A stretch of 64,000 nucleotides of DNA from Schizosaccharomyces osmophilus. Lineage: Eukaryota. The stretch spans positions 930,001 through 994,000 of the forward strand of contig NC_079240.1 in assembly GCF_027921745.1 (NCBI RefSeq), in the 5' to 3' direction. Shown here in pieces: positions 45,925-57,592 of this stretch. The notes beneath the pieces were generated by a model. It saw nothing but the letters and a program-made list of their open reading frames with translations. It was not told where the DNA came from and made no database searches. Numbering within the stretch: position 1 is the first letter of the stretch; each line of letters starts with the position of its first letter. The position numbers and the translations under genes were made by a program.

Positions 45925-48468
45925 TCACGGTTTTAAATTCCGAGATTCTGTGGAAGAGGTCACTTTGTTTTCTTCACTTTCATGTTCATCGGAAATGGTT
46001 GGTTGCTCATGAGGTGGTTGCATTCGCCTTGCCGATCGAACAACAACAAATCCTTTTTCCTCGTTTTTCTCTTTTTGTCCAAGTGGATCTCGAATCCTCT
46101 GAAACACATTTTTAACAACATGCCAAGTTTTCATTACTCTACCTGTTGGTACAGGGTCGACTAGCTCGGGTTTACTCTGATTCATACGTATCGACAATTG
46201 CGATAACGAATCAGCATCAGCATCCACCTGAGGATGATACACATCGGCTTCGCGAACCGCGTAATTCGTGTCATGTGCAAACAGACTTGGCTTTTCATTT
46301 AAAAAGTCTAATTGTAGCGTCCGTAATTGATCCCTATCTCTCTGTCGGACATATCGATTCACTTTCGGCGGACGGTAAAACGAATACCCTCGCGTGTCAT
46401 TGAATGGTGATAATGGCGAAACGGGTGACTCCGTATTCAAATTACCCATCTGACCCGGATTATGAGGATCCACATCCGAACTCAACATTCCAATTCCGCT
46501 CGTTTGAATTGTCAGATTGGGGGATTCGTCTTTAGATGCAGGAATAATAGGACTCAGAGGAATGGAGTTACCAATGAATGAACGGTCAGTATTGTCAAGA
46601 GTCGACTGCGCCATCAAACTGTTTTCATAAGGGCTTTTATGACGACGACGTTTCAATTCATTGATACCAAAAACACGAGCCCATCCAAAAGGTCTATCCA
46701 AGGGAACACCTTTCCGTTCACTATTAGCTCCTAGGAGCCGTGCCGAGATTTCAAAAAATCGCTGAGTTGATATTAAGAAAAAAATAACATAAACCAATAT
46801 ATGTATGAAAAGAATTGCGTAAGTCAACAACTTCTCACGACCACTCTGATAATATTGTGGATGAATTAGAGGCATCATTAATACAACTATAATCAGACGA
46901 ACGACAGATAAATAACAACTTAGTACATTCATGTTTGTCTGGGGATAATGTGGCCGAAATATTGAGTATGCGACTAGATTCGCTACTTCTAAAAGGAAAT
47001 AGATTGTAATTTGTGCTGATCCAGAAACACCAAGGACACCAACAGTAATGCCACGTATGAATTGACTTACAATAGGAAACACCCAAAACATCAACCTCTT
47101 CTCGCGATATGAATTGTAAATGGACCCATAAAGGTGCAGATAAGTTTGATCTTCAAAAAGTTTTGATACCGGCTCGACAAACGACAAAAATAAGTATAAA
47201 CATCCAGGGAAAAAGATACCTAAGAATATAAGCAAGAGAACTGGTATAATTTCATATCCACTTGGTTCAATCACAAATTGATATGACATGTACGATATGA
47301 TGGGAAAATATGCTAAAAAATAGAGTCGAATAAAAAACCCACCGATAAAACTCCACGTGTCCCAGCGTGTTTCAACAATTGTATCGTGAAACATTTTTGA
47401 CATAAGCCACTTCAAAAGAATAATTAAAAGAGCCAACAACAGTGCTGCACCAAAATACACCGCCCCTACTATTAAAAATGGAATCCAACAAGATTGCCTG
47501 GTTCCTAAGGAATCAAGAAAGGAAGACATACCGTATTTATCCGGAATATATTCGTGATATTCAACCTTATTAACGTTTGCTAAATCTGTATAATCCGCAA
47601 ACTGATACTTTGCATTTTGGGAAAAGATAGGAAATCGAAAAAGAACAGTACTCCAAGATAGGGCAGCCATAAGATTTATGTAGAATTTTGGAAATGCAAC
47701 ATTCAATTGAGACGTAGATACAGCAAATTGCATATATCCAATAAAATCAGAAAATCCAAGGGCAGTTAAACGGAGAGCATCAGGGTCCATACTAAAGTTG
47801 AATAACGCTCTGAAGGGATCAAGACTTCCAGTCCACGGATTAAGAAAGAGAGCGTAAACTACTGAAAAGGACACGAAAGCAAGACAAATCAACGATGTAT
47901 ACGCTATCACAGGGTAAAAATAACTAAGTTCAATCGACAAATCAAACGAAACACAAGCTATCACGTTCCTCTCAGGAGTTCCATCCACAATAATAAGCCT
48001 GTTCATTAGGGACGTTAGTTCATACTTAGAGTAATCAATAACAGTCGACCCAAATGGGATGTCAATCATAAATGAGACATTCCCGGCAGGCCAGGGACAT
48101 TTGATGGGTACTCCAAAGCTATGTACATCCATGACAGCGTCACAGAGTTTTGTGGACGTGCTTGTAACAAGCGATCCTAAAGCATACGTTTCAGAGTATA
48201 TTGTAGCTGCATGCACATTTTCACCGGATCCTCCAACTACTGTTATTTTTTCAGAAAGATTTCCTATCACTTGAATATAGTAATGTCTGTTTTTTCTGTT
48301 GAAGTGCTTTACCAGCGCGTAAGGGGTAAAGTACGGGACATCGTGCTTCCTACTACTAGCTAAACAGTCTTGAAAATCCCCCAACGTTGGTGATCCTTCC
48401 GTAAATTGAAAAAATGAGCCCAAAAAGAGTAGTAATGTTATAAACAGTAGAAGCACTCGACAAGCCAT
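45925..48468 (-). CDS. trp1322: TRP-like (Pkd2/Flc family) membrane channel
   Basis: Signal anchor, ML-like N-domain (CPWPAG), GFSDFIGYMQF, many TM helices, LYGSIYNSY. Confidence 0.85.
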   Translation of the reverse strand: MACRVLLLFITLLLFLGSFFQFTEGSPTLGDFQDCLASSRKHDVPYFTPYALVKHFNRKNRHYYIQVIGNLSEKITVVGGSGENVHAATIYSETYALGSLVTSTSTKLCDAVMDVHSFGVPIKCPWPAGNVSFMIDIPFGSTVIDYSKYELTSLMNRLIIVDGTPERNVIACVSFDLSIELSYFYPVIAYTSLICLAFVSFSVVYALFLNPWTGSLDPFRALFNFSMDPDALRLTALGFSDFIGYMQFAVSTSQLNVAFPKFYINLMAALSWSTVLFRFPIFSQNAKYQFADYTDLANVNKVEYHEYIPDKYGMSSFLDSLGTRQSCWIPFLIVGAVYFGAALLLALLIILLKWLMSKMFHDTIVETRWDTWSFIGGFFIRLYFLAYFPIISYMSYQFVIEPSGYEIIPVLLLIFLGIFFPGCLYLFLSFVEPVSKLFEDQTYLHLYGSIYNSYREKRLMFWVFPIVSQFIRGITVGVLGVSGSAQITIYFLLEVANLVAYSIFRPHYPQTNMNVLSCYLSVVRLIIVVLMMPLIHPQYYQSGREKLLTYAILFIHILVYVIFFLISTQRFFEISARLLGANSERKGVPLDRPFGWARVFGINELKRRRHKSPYENSLMAQSTLDNTDRSFIGNSIPLSPIIPASKDESPNLTIQTSGIGMLSSDVDPHNPGQMGNLNTESPVSPLSPFNDTRGYSFYRPPKVNRYVRQRDRDQLRTLQLDFLNEKPSLFAHDTNYAVREADVYHPQVDADADSLSQLSIRMNQSKPELVDPVPTGRVMKTWHVVKNVFQRIRDPLGQKEKNEEKGFVVVRSARRMQPPHEQPTISDEHESEENKVTSSTESRNLKP

Positions 48469-48968
48469 TCTTATTTTAAAGCAGACATTATATTGAATTG
48501 TACAAAATAAATAAGCAGCTCCAAACGATAGTCGTGTGAGTAGAACCACTAATTATAGCAAACCTCTTTGTGTTTTGGACGAAAGTGACTATTCAGTATA
48601 GGAAATGCAATTGCACCTCAAAATTTAGTTTCTTCTTTTTTACCAATACTAAAAAATTTAGAAATCGATCTGTCAACAAATCTTTCTTATCGTTGTCTTC
48701 GTTTAGTAAATTTTGGGTTTTCTTTTGACTTACTGGAAGTGTACCAAAGTCATATAGTGTAGGTGGTGCTTCTCAGTATAAGAACATTGACTATTTCATT
48801 ACACCAGTAAATAAGCCAGCATTTGAGTATTAAATAAAATAAAAATTACAAAACAAATCCAGATACAATATTTTCATTTTTTTAAGGTTTCTAAAACTAT
48901 TTGATCATGATTCATCATTAAACGGAAAAACTAATTTACATAACCCAAGTCAACTAAATGCGATAAAG

Positions 48969-50063
48969 TTATACATAAGGAATATTTCGTTCATTCAACC
49001 AGTTGTTCAATGTTCGAAAGTCAACGTGCACTCCATGACTTACTAAATCATTATGAATTTGACGAAAAGGGATTGAAGCGCTTGCGGCGTCACATTTTAA
49101 AAACTGAGCATATAACCTTCTTCCTTTATGACTCTTAAAAAACCTAGTGATGTTGGAAGAGTTCAACATGCTTGGGATGGCTGCCTCATTAAGCGTATCA
49201 TTCTCATTTTCCACTTCATCAGCAGGTGCTTCCAACAATTCTGAGGAATCAAAAGATTCTTCACTCGAATCCGAAGTAGGAAATTCCAACATTCCAAAAT
49301 ACATTCCACTCTTTTCCAGATCATAGGATTCTTCGTTCCCTTTCAAACTATGCGGGTTTAAATGCAGCCAATAATTCATGTCTATATCAGGGCGTTCGTT
49401 ATACTTGAGATTTCCATGCTCGTCAACAACTTGATTTTTTAAAATCCGAGATGGATAGGTCCATAAATACGGTGTTACTTTTTGCGGCAACTCACTCTCC
49501 GAAAAACCACGTTCGGAATTCTGATTCTTCGATATCGTTGGAAAAACGGCTTTTTGACTCTTGGCATATAAACGTGCTACCCGTGGTTCAAGTAATGCGT
49601 TGTTGACTTTTTTCCTTGCTGCACGCTCCAAGCCTATTCCCGACGAAGGTTTCAAAGGAATAATCGGCTTCTTTTTTGGAATTATGTGACCAAAAAATCC
49701 CAATGGAGATTTCGTTTCCTTCCCAATGTTCTCTTTCCTTGGGTTTTTCTTTGGGCTGGGATTGCTGGGATATAGCTCCCTAAACGACTTTTGCACTCGT
49801 GATGTGATGGTATTCCCAGGAACTTTGGATTTCTTTTCCTTTTCTGTGATTTTTCCAATCTTCGAAAAGTCCTCTACCATCTGCGACTCTTTATTCACGA
49901 AGGAATGAAGCGTTTGCTGTCGCGGTCGACTATGCGATTTCATATGATATCGAAAGTTTTGCAGCCTTTGCGAGAAAGAAGAAATGGAATTGTCCTTCTC
50001 TATTTCTTGTTTCTGTTCCATTTCATTCTTCCCTTCGCTTTCCTGCATCTTTGATTCATTCAT
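48969..50063 (-). CDS. pxd1: Structure-specific nuclease scaffold Pxd1
   Basis: PIP-like QQTLHSF, C-terminal SLX4-CCD-like helical region; syntenic with SPCC1322.02. Confidence 0.7.
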   Translation of the reverse strand: MNESKMQESEGKNEMEQKQEIEKDNSISSFSQRLQNFRYHMKSHSRPRQQTLHSFVNKESQMVEDFSKIGKITEKEKKSKVPGNTITSRVQKSFRELYPSNPSPKKNPRKENIGKETKSPLGFFGHIIPKKKPIIPLKPSSGIGLERAARKKVNNALLEPRVARLYAKSQKAVFPTISKNQNSERGFSESELPQKVTPYLWTYPSRILKNQVVDEHGNLKYNERPDIDMNYWLHLNPHSLKGNEESYDLEKSGMYFGMLEFPTSDSSEESFDSSELLEAPADEVENENDTLNEAAIPSMLNSSNITRFFKSHKGRRLYAQFLKCDAASASIPFRQIHNDLVSHGVHVDFRTLNNWLNERNIPYV

Positions 50064-50396
50064 ATTTCCTTCCTTTCAAGTTTCCTCGTTATATGACCTA
50101 TAATCTTGTCATTGCAAAATTTGAATATAAGCAGTATCAAAATTCTTTATTCAAGACAATTTTATGTCCCTTTCTCATACTCTTTGAAGCCACTAGACAA
50201 AAAGCAAAGGTATAATTTCGGTTACTGTGGATATTTGATATAGGCTCGCTATCCTTCGCTAGTAAACAACCCATCGCAAGTTGCAAAGTAAGAATATTTT
50301 CAATCGGTATAGGTGACTATTTACAAAGAATGGAAGAAAAAAGCTGTATATTATTAAATATCATTAAAATAGACCATAGTTCCTTAGTATACATAT

Positions 50397-53249
50397 TTAA
50401 TCTTCAACGACTGAAACAAAAAGCTGATTTTGAAATGGCTGTACAAGCTCAATACGGACTGCCTTTCTAGTTAAATGGTATTTCTCTAATTCATAATTCA
50501 CGCCAATTTGTGCCTTAAGTCCAAATTCTTCCAAAATTACAGTTGGCTGCCCCTCAGTGTTTATTATGCCATGGCACAAAGGCAGCTTATCTTTTGGAAG
50601 CCGTGCCAAAAATTCCAAAGCCCAAAAACGTTCTGTATATCGACTAGTGTATTTCATAAGTTTTCCTTTGGTACTATACAAAGGTAGCTTTGACTCAATT
50701 TGCTCTTGTGTAATTAACTTGGATGTGTCTTTCAAGAGTACGCATTGCATTTGATAGTGGTTAATCAAATCTGTAAATCGACGAAGAGGAGATGTAGATT
50801 GCATGTATCCAGAATTGATTCCTAAAGAAAAGTGTGGAGACCCTTTCGTCGACATATAAGAGGAAGCCAAGTATGGGGAGATAGGGTACACTTGTTCTAA
50901 GGGAACCCTGCCAAACTCATCGCGGGCACGTAAAAGTTTATCAAAGTTTTCATTGAATGAATTATCAAAGGAACAAGGTATATTTTGACCACGGTACACA
51001 CCTGGAATACGATATTCCTTAAAAAATTTTGCACTAATGTGACCAGCCAAAATCATACACTCTGAAACTAACAACTCTGCGATATTCATTCCAGAATGAT
51101 TTACCGTTAAGGAGATGGAAGGAAAAGAGCTCCAATAAACTGGATTCCTTCCACTAATCATAGTCTCCGGAACCTTTTCTGGCAATAAATCCACGGAAAA
51201 AGACGGTTGCTGAAACATGAAGGAGTTTTTCCTTTGTCTAAAGTAAGTGAACTTTTTCACTTCTTCAAAAATGCTTAAGATTTTCTGTTGGTCATCAGCG
51301 GGTATGTCAGGCTCTTTGCCAAAATCCCGCGCCTGTAAAGAGGAATAAGTTGTTAGATTTTCTTTTTCGTTTAAAGCAGCACAGATTTGGGAGTAAGTGT
51401 AGCGCTTCACACGAGATATCCAGCTAGGTTGAACTTTGAAGTCCAACACTTCACCGTTCTTAGATAACTTCGCGCTGAACGTTAATGCTCTTTGCTTATC
51501 ACTTCCATCCAACGTCCATAGTTGTTTGGTTAGTTCCAATGGTAACATAAACTTCTTTTCAATATGTGTTAAATATAGTGTCTGAAAATTTTTCTCTGCA
51601 AAAGCCATAAGAGGGCTATTAAGATCAATCATACTAGAAGGATTTGCTATATGAATATGCAACCAAAATCCTTTTCTTTTCTTCTCAATTGAAATCGCAT
51701 CATCAACTTCAAGTGTTGATGAGCTGTCGATTGCAAAAGATTTCAGGTGGGTTAAATCCGTTCGCAAATCCTCCAAAACATCATTTGAAACGGAATGGCT
51801 CGGATCAGAGAAATGCTCATAATCCTTTTCGTATTGCTTTCGAGTATCAGAATGTAATTGAGGAAGAGCAAGTTGCGCTTCTGGTGCTAGTAATCTAGAT
51901 AATGTCCATGGAGACCAAACACCAATATCGCACAATAATTTATGAAAGTCACTGGCTGAAAAATCTTCCGTATAGTCGTATAAACCTATATCTTTATATA
52001 TATCAGACAACAGAGAATGAGGAACTTTCTGCAAGTTACACATAATCGTTTGATACTTTATAAAACTAATTATTTTCTTTTCATAATCATTCCATTCAAA
52101 TGATCGCAATGGAACGGGTCTTATAGTTTTAGGACTGGTGGGAAGCGTTTTAAAGCCTTCATTTTGTATGAGTTGCCGTGCTTTTCGTAAAAATGTGAAA
52201 TAACCAGGAGATTTGATACGTATGGTGTGCAAAACGTCTTCAAAAGTTGGATCATTGTATAAGGGGTTTAGAAAAACACTTTGGATTTCCGAGAATAGGT
52301 GGTCCACAATTACGAAACGGTGATTGCGTGTGGTGAGATACATTAGAAGTGCAATCTTTTCAGGAATTCCTATGACTTGATCCCCGTACACGATCTTTAG
52401 GAGTTCAGAAAAGGTAACGTGAAAAGGCATAGGTTCGCGGGCTCGAAGGGTAGGATAGATCTCATTAAATTTTATGAGATTAGTAAAGCATGTTTCTTGA
52501 ACTTTTTTGTTAACATGTTTTAGGCTTTTGGTGATCATTTCCAGATAATTAGGAGGAATCCTCAACTGGCCGTTGAGCTTTTTTTTATGACAGTATTTGT
52601 GAAACTCTTTAAGAAACCGTGGAAATCGAAGCAAGACTCTTGGGATACGAATAAAGATCATATCACCCCCTTCGGTGATGGTTGTTATCAAATTGGCATG
52701 ATTCTTAGGATTTGTTCCCACATATATGCCAACTTGCAATCCTGTAGAATTTGCCAAAACAAGTAAATCTCCATATTCAAACGGATGAGAAACTTCTGGA
52801 GCTACTTGGGTTTGCACAAGTTCGCTCTCTGCTATCTCTTGACCTTCCAGTGTGTCGGAAGACTCTGCATCATAGGAGATGTGCGCCCTTTTTGTGAAAT
52901 CTAAAGAATTTTGAAGTAGGTCTTTTATAGGTACAGACAATTTCTTGTTACGTTCTAAATCCAGGAGCAACCGGTCGACATCCACAGTTGCAGGTATAGT
53001 ACTTTTCGCAGTAATCTTTGATTCATCGACCGGCTCCCTAAAAAATGAAAATGAAGAGAAAGAACTCCTTTTTGAAATAATAAACGTGTTCCATCTTTGA
53101 GAAGGGTTCCAACGAATGCTGCTACACCAACGATGCGTATACCTTTTAGAGCACGAGAACTCATTCACACTTCTACGAGAGAGCGATAATGTCGCGCCAT
53201 GCACCAAAAAAGAACATTTCCGTAAAGAAAAGGACGGCTTTAGAAGCAT
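50397..53249 (-). CDS. rpm1: Mitochondrial RNase II-family exoribonuclease (Dss1-like)
   Basis: RNB motifs AIDSSSTLEVDDAISI, HIANPS, LVSECMILAG and TSPLRRFTDL; Arg/Ser-rich presequence. Confidence 0.9.
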   Translation of the reverse strand: MLLKPSFSLRKCSFLVHGATLSLSRRSVNEFSCSKRYTHRWCSSIRWNPSQRWNTFIISKRSSFSSFSFFREPVDESKITAKSTIPATVDVDRLLLDLERNKKLSVPIKDLLQNSLDFTKRAHISYDAESSDTLEGQEIAESELVQTQVAPEVSHPFEYGDLLVLANSTGLQVGIYVGTNPKNHANLITTITEGGDMIFIRIPRVLLRFPRFLKEFHKYCHKKKLNGQLRIPPNYLEMITKSLKHVNKKVQETCFTNLIKFNEIYPTLRAREPMPFHVTFSELLKIVYGDQVIGIPEKIALLMYLTTRNHRFVIVDHLFSEIQSVFLNPLYNDPTFEDVLHTIRIKSPGYFTFLRKARQLIQNEGFKTLPTSPKTIRPVPLRSFEWNDYEKKIISFIKYQTIMCNLQKVPHSLLSDIYKDIGLYDYTEDFSASDFHKLLCDIGVWSPWTLSRLLAPEAQLALPQLHSDTRKQYEKDYEHFSDPSHSVSNDVLEDLRTDLTHLKSFAIDSSSTLEVDDAISIEKKRKGFWLHIHIANPSSMIDLNSPLMAFAEKNFQTLYLTHIEKKFMLPLELTKQLWTLDGSDKQRALTFSAKLSKNGEVLDFKVQPSWISRVKRYTYSQICAALNEKENLTTYSSLQARDFGKEPDIPADDQQKILSIFEEVKKFTYFRQRKNSFMFQQPSFSVDLLPEKVPETMISGRNPVYWSSFPSISLTVNHSGMNIAELLVSECMILAGHISAKFFKEYRIPGVYRGQNIPCSFDNSFNENFDKLLRARDEFGRVPLEQVYPISPYLASSYMSTKGSPHFSLGINSGYMQSTSPLRRFTDLINHYQMQCVLLKDTSKLITQEQIESKLPLYSTKGKLMKYTSRYTERFWALEFLARLPKDKLPLCHGIINTEGQPTVILEEFGLKAQIGVNYELEKYHLTRKAVRIELVQPFQNQLFVSVVED

Positions 53250-53746
53250 AAGCAAAGAAAGTGTCCTCGAAGTAGAATAGTTGGCTGCGTACAAGTTTGG
53301 TTTGATAATTTATCCAGATAGGTAACATGTTCCTTGACCTTTAGGAGCATCGCTCGATTTGAATGGTAAATGGAGAGGAAAACAAGCGGTAATTTTCAAG
53401 TTTTATTTACTTTTAAATAAATTACATCTCCGTTCCTCTAGTACATACGCCCAATTCGACAAGAACTCAAATATTTCCCCCGTAAATTCCTGCATTATGA
53501 TTTCCATCAACCGAACACTAATGAAAATAAGACGCTGTTTATTATGAAGTTTAATACACGTTTCCCCTAGAAGACACAGTCTACATGTCAATATGTCTCT
53601 GAAATTGAAGAAACTGTTTACATTTTCAAGTAACAGATGTTTGTTACCTTTTCGTACTTTGTTGTAATATTGTACGGTCTTTGTTCGTGCTACTGTCTCA
53701 GGAGATTCTTTCCTTTCACCATATAAAATATACACATTTATAAAGG

Positions 53747-54064
53747 ATGGAACGCCCTACGCCGCGTGTAACTAGTAATATGCTTGGCGAATGTGCCGGT
53801 AGGACTGTCAGGATCGTTGGAAAAGTAAATGAAGTGAGTGATCGCGCTGCACAGGTGGATTGCAATGGTCAACCTTTCGAAATGAACCTTACCGTGGATA
53901 ATAATTTGGAGCCTATGCATTTTTACGAGTTTGTGGTCTCTGTAAAACCTGATACTTCTGTACAACTTCTTACTTGCGTCGATTTTGGAACCAGCATAGA
54001 TATGGATGCATACAAAAACCTTGTTCAGTTTAGCAACAAGTATAAATCCTTGTTCTACGAATAG
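53747..54064 (+). CDS. ssb3: Replication protein A small subunit (RPA3)
   Basis: MERPTPRVT..L....GRTVRIVGKV and DFGTSIDMDAY OB-fold signature. Confidence 0.93.
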   Translation: MERPTPRVTSNMLGECAGRTVRIVGKVNEVSDRAAQVDCNGQPFEMNLTVDNNLEPMHFYEFVVSVKPDTSVQLLTCVDFGTSIDMDAYKNLVQFSNKYKSLFYE

Positions 54065-54897
54065 ATACCTTTCTGTTTGAAAGGGAACACTCTTTTTTCC
54101 ATCTAAATCATGACAATTTAGACGTTTTTGACTCCGGGTCAATGTTTGTCGCGACAAACAAGTCTTCGAGCTATTTGATACACCACACTGTCTTCTCACT
54201 TACGAAGGATCTTCTTGAGCTCTTTCAATCTTGAAAACATGTCTCAATCGATCAAATATTCATTTTCTTATTGCTGTCAAGAATTTGTATTTAAGGAGCT
54301 CGAACGATGTTAAGCGTACTTGGTCTCCGGGTACGGAGCCTAGAGTTTGCCGTTTGTTCCTAAAACACTACCAAATTAGCAACTTAGTAAGCTCTATCCA
54401 ACTACCATACACGGTTGTGTTTTTTGGCTAGTGAATCGGAAGGAATTCTGCGAAGGGAAGAAGATTTAAAAAGAATTTGGAGTCCTATAACGAATTCAGC
54501 CTTTAAAAGATTTTACTTAGGCAGGACTATTGTCTCTTCTTTGAAGTGATTAAGAACTGACAGTGAAGCTTTTGATTGCCATTTGAATGATCAATCTGTA
54601 AAGTTCTTTGCTCGTTATATCTTCTAATTCCTGTTTTCTCGCAAGTTTCATTCGTTTTGTTTCTTTCCTTCGGGCTCAACGAGGTAAACATCCGTAAGCA
54701 CACTTCATAGCCAGCTTTTAGAAGAAAAGCCTTTTTCGTTTTAAGTTTGCGTTGCAGGTTATAAAGCATACGAAGACCCATCCGAACGTATCCGTGGGTT
54801 TATTCTTATTCTTTGCAATCTATTGTTTGTCTTAACCATTTAAATATAGACTTTTATCTTCTTAGATTTTAGTTGTGGTTTTTATATTGAGTATACA

Positions 54898-57174
54898 ATG
54901 ACACAGAACAATCGTGCGGGCAACAAAAACGGCTTAGGTCGTATTTGCAGTTCTATGCTTGGCATTTGTATTCCAAAGAAAGAACGAAGCGAAAAAAATA
55001 CTCCTATCAGACCTGCTAGAAGCGTGAAAGAACAGAGGCCAAATTTAACTTTAGAGCCTGCTCGTTCCAATTTTAGTGAAGCGTTTCCCTCTCAATTACA
55101 GGATAGCACAACCCCTCATGGTACTCCTAAATTCAAAAACCATTCTTTCTTTAGAAATAACGTTGATTCCTCAAACAACCAACAACCTTCATCCCCTCTA
55201 TCTCCTCTATCTCCTCAACCGGCTACTTTAGACTCAAAGGATGTTGCTTCCGTTTCTTTGGCACAACCGGACACAGTGCAGCAGGTTACTGAGGATAGTT
55301 CTTCACCTTTACCATCCCAGTCACTCCAAGCGACTCCAGGTACTAAAGAAAATAATTCCTTAATGCTTAAGGAGGAGTCGCCGCCGCAATTGTTTTCTAC
55401 TTCTGCAAAAAATAACGACGAGACTGAAACCTCCCAACTGTATACCAAATCTATGAACGATGATTCAACTCCTGTGTCTAATGCAGAGTTTGAATTGCTT
55501 CCTAGTAATTTTACTGAAGAAAAGGTAACCGAAGGAACAGATTCTAGCAAATTGAAGGACGACTTTTCTGCTTCGGGATTGGGGGACACAGAAGCGACAC
55601 CTACTAATTACCCTGAACAACACTCATCTAGTTTTGTACCTTCTGACACTCAGTTCGACAGAAATACGGCATCCGAGCCGGCAAACCAATTGAGATCATC
55701 AATTTCATCGCATGAAACTGTTGTACCCCAGTCTGTGGATGCACGGACGGAAAACAAACACAATGCAGAAAGTCAAGATATGACGAAGGATCAGTCCAAG
55801 CCCAAACATTCTCTTAATTCCTCTACAGTAAAGGGAATGAACAATACCAAAAACACAGAAGGATTTGATCCGACTGCTGTTGGCGATACTGAAAGCAATT
55901 CAAAGGAACAGCCATCAAAAAATAATTGTGGTGCCGATGTTGAGGAATTAAACGAGCGGTCTACATTACCGAACGAAGTGGAACCAGATGGTGCATGGAA
56001 TGCTCCTCTTCCATTTCCCAGTCCTCATTGTCACTTGAAACCTCAGTACCTGGACAAAGACTTAACTGAAGAGCAAAAGAGTATGTATAACGAAGTTCTT
56101 ATCTATTGCAAAGATTTGAAAGGAATTCCTGTTTCTTCCAAATCGGATGAAACGGAAGAATTGTCAGATGTTGAAAAATACTTCCTTACTAGAGAATGCA
56201 TTTTGAGATTTTTACGTGCTACAAAGTGGAACGCAGCTGCTACCAAAAAACGCATTCTTGATACTCTTGTATGGCGTCGTCAGTTTGGTGTCAACAATAT
56301 GGATCCTAATGAGGTACAGGAGGAAAATGCCACCGGAAAGCAGGTTTTATTAGGTTATGATAAAGATGGTCGTCCTTGCTTGTATTTGTACCCTGGTAGA
56401 CAAAACACCAAGACTTCCCCTCTGCAAATTCGTCATTTAGTTTTTTCTCTTGAATGTGCTATTGAGTTGATGCCGCCAGGTGTGGAAACTTTGGCTTTAT
56501 TAATTAATTTTAAAGCTTCTTCCTCTCGATCCAATCCCAGTGTTGGCCAAGGAAAGGAAGTCCTTAATATTCTACAGACTCATTATTGTGAGCGTCTTGG
56601 TAAGGCGTTGGTTATCAATATTCCCTGGGCTGTCTGGGGCTTTTTCAAATTAATATCGCCATTTATAGACCCGATTACACGAGAGAAGCTCAAATTCAAT
56701 GAACCTTTGGACCGCTATGTCCCCATGGATCAGCTTGACACAAACTTTGGAGGCTCTCTGAAATTTGAGTACTTCCATGAAAAGTATTGGCCTAAAATTG
56801 TAGAAATATGTAAAACCCGTCGTCAAACCGGGCTTCAACGATGGAAAAATTTGGGTTCAAAAATTGGAACTAGTGAATGGGATATAAAGGGAGGAAATGA
56901 TTATATAAACGACATGCAAATTTATATTCGTCCCGGACTCAATAATCGTTCCGGTTCAACGACAATGAACGAGGAAAAACAAGAGGAATCATCTATGAAA
57001 TCCAAGGATTCGGATTCTAAAAAAAAGGAATCTGGAAACTTAAATGGAGAGAAGGATGATTTTGGAACCTATGTGAATAATGAACGTCGCCAGGAGACGG
57101 AAGCTTTGCATAATAGAAACATGTCTATGACTAGTGATGCTGGGTCGTTTGTAACTGCAGATGGTATGGATTGA
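54898..57174 (+). CDS. Sec14/CRAL-TRIO lipid-transfer protein (Pdr16/17-like) with long disordered N-terminus
   Basis: LTRECILRFLRATKW, GYDKDGRPCLYL and LQTHYCERLG motifs. Confidence 0.9.
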   Translation: MTQNNRAGNKNGLGRICSSMLGICIPKKERSEKNTPIRPARSVKEQRPNLTLEPARSNFSEAFPSQLQDSTTPHGTPKFKNHSFFRNNVDSSNNQQPSSPLSPLSPQPATLDSKDVASVSLAQPDTVQQVTEDSSSPLPSQSLQATPGTKENNSLMLKEESPPQLFSTSAKNNDETETSQLYTKSMNDDSTPVSNAEFELLPSNFTEEKVTEGTDSSKLKDDFSASGLGDTEATPTNYPEQHSSSFVPSDTQFDRNTASEPANQLRSSISSHETVVPQSVDARTENKHNAESQDMTKDQSKPKHSLNSSTVKGMNNTKNTEGFDPTAVGDTESNSKEQPSKNNCGADVEELNERSTLPNEVEPDGAWNAPLPFPSPHCHLKPQYLDKDLTEEQKSMYNEVLIYCKDLKGIPVSSKSDETEELSDVEKYFLTRECILRFLRATKWNAAATKKRILDTLVWRRQFGVNNMDPNEVQEENATGKQVLLGYDKDGRPCLYLYPGRQNTKTSPLQIRHLVFSLECAIELMPPGVETLALLINFKASSSRSNPSVGQGKEVLNILQTHYCERLGKALVINIPWAVWGFFKLISPFIDPITREKLKFNEPLDRYVPMDQLDTNFGGSLKFEYFHEKYWPKIVEICKTRRQTGLQRWKNLGSKIGTSEWDIKGGNDYINDMQIYIRPGLNNRSGSTTMNEEKQEESSMKSKDSDSKKKESGNLNGEKDDFGTYVNNERRQETEALHNRNMSMTSDAGSFVTADGMD

Positions 57175-57592
57175 AATACTAAGATGAATTGATGTTTTCA
57201 TTTCATTTGCTCTCTTTGATTATGTTGCTGAGTACTTGTTCGTCAGCTTTGACCAGGAAGTACGCGTTTTAATAGATGAAAATAATTTTTAATTCAAACT
57301 GAACGTGTGGTATTTTGCGAAAATGGTTAAAGCTTTTATAGTATTTATATATATCAAAATAAATTGATGGCTCTAATAATACCTGTAGAAAAATGTATTT
57401 TAAACTTTCCTTTAGACGGAGTTGGTGAAGCACCACTGGTCGTTCTTTGGAAGCACCAGTTACATTCACGCGTTCTAATACTTAATTTTAACAATCACTA
57501 GGTATTTGGTGTACCTAATGCTAAGCGTATAAATCAAAATAAAAAGAAGAATGACTATATAATTATTTGTCCAAAAAGAAAATTAGACGCAT

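Noticed and set aside
53359..53735. Short ORFs in the rpm1-ssb3 divergent promoter
   Set aside because: No recognisable features, and the region must hold two promoters.
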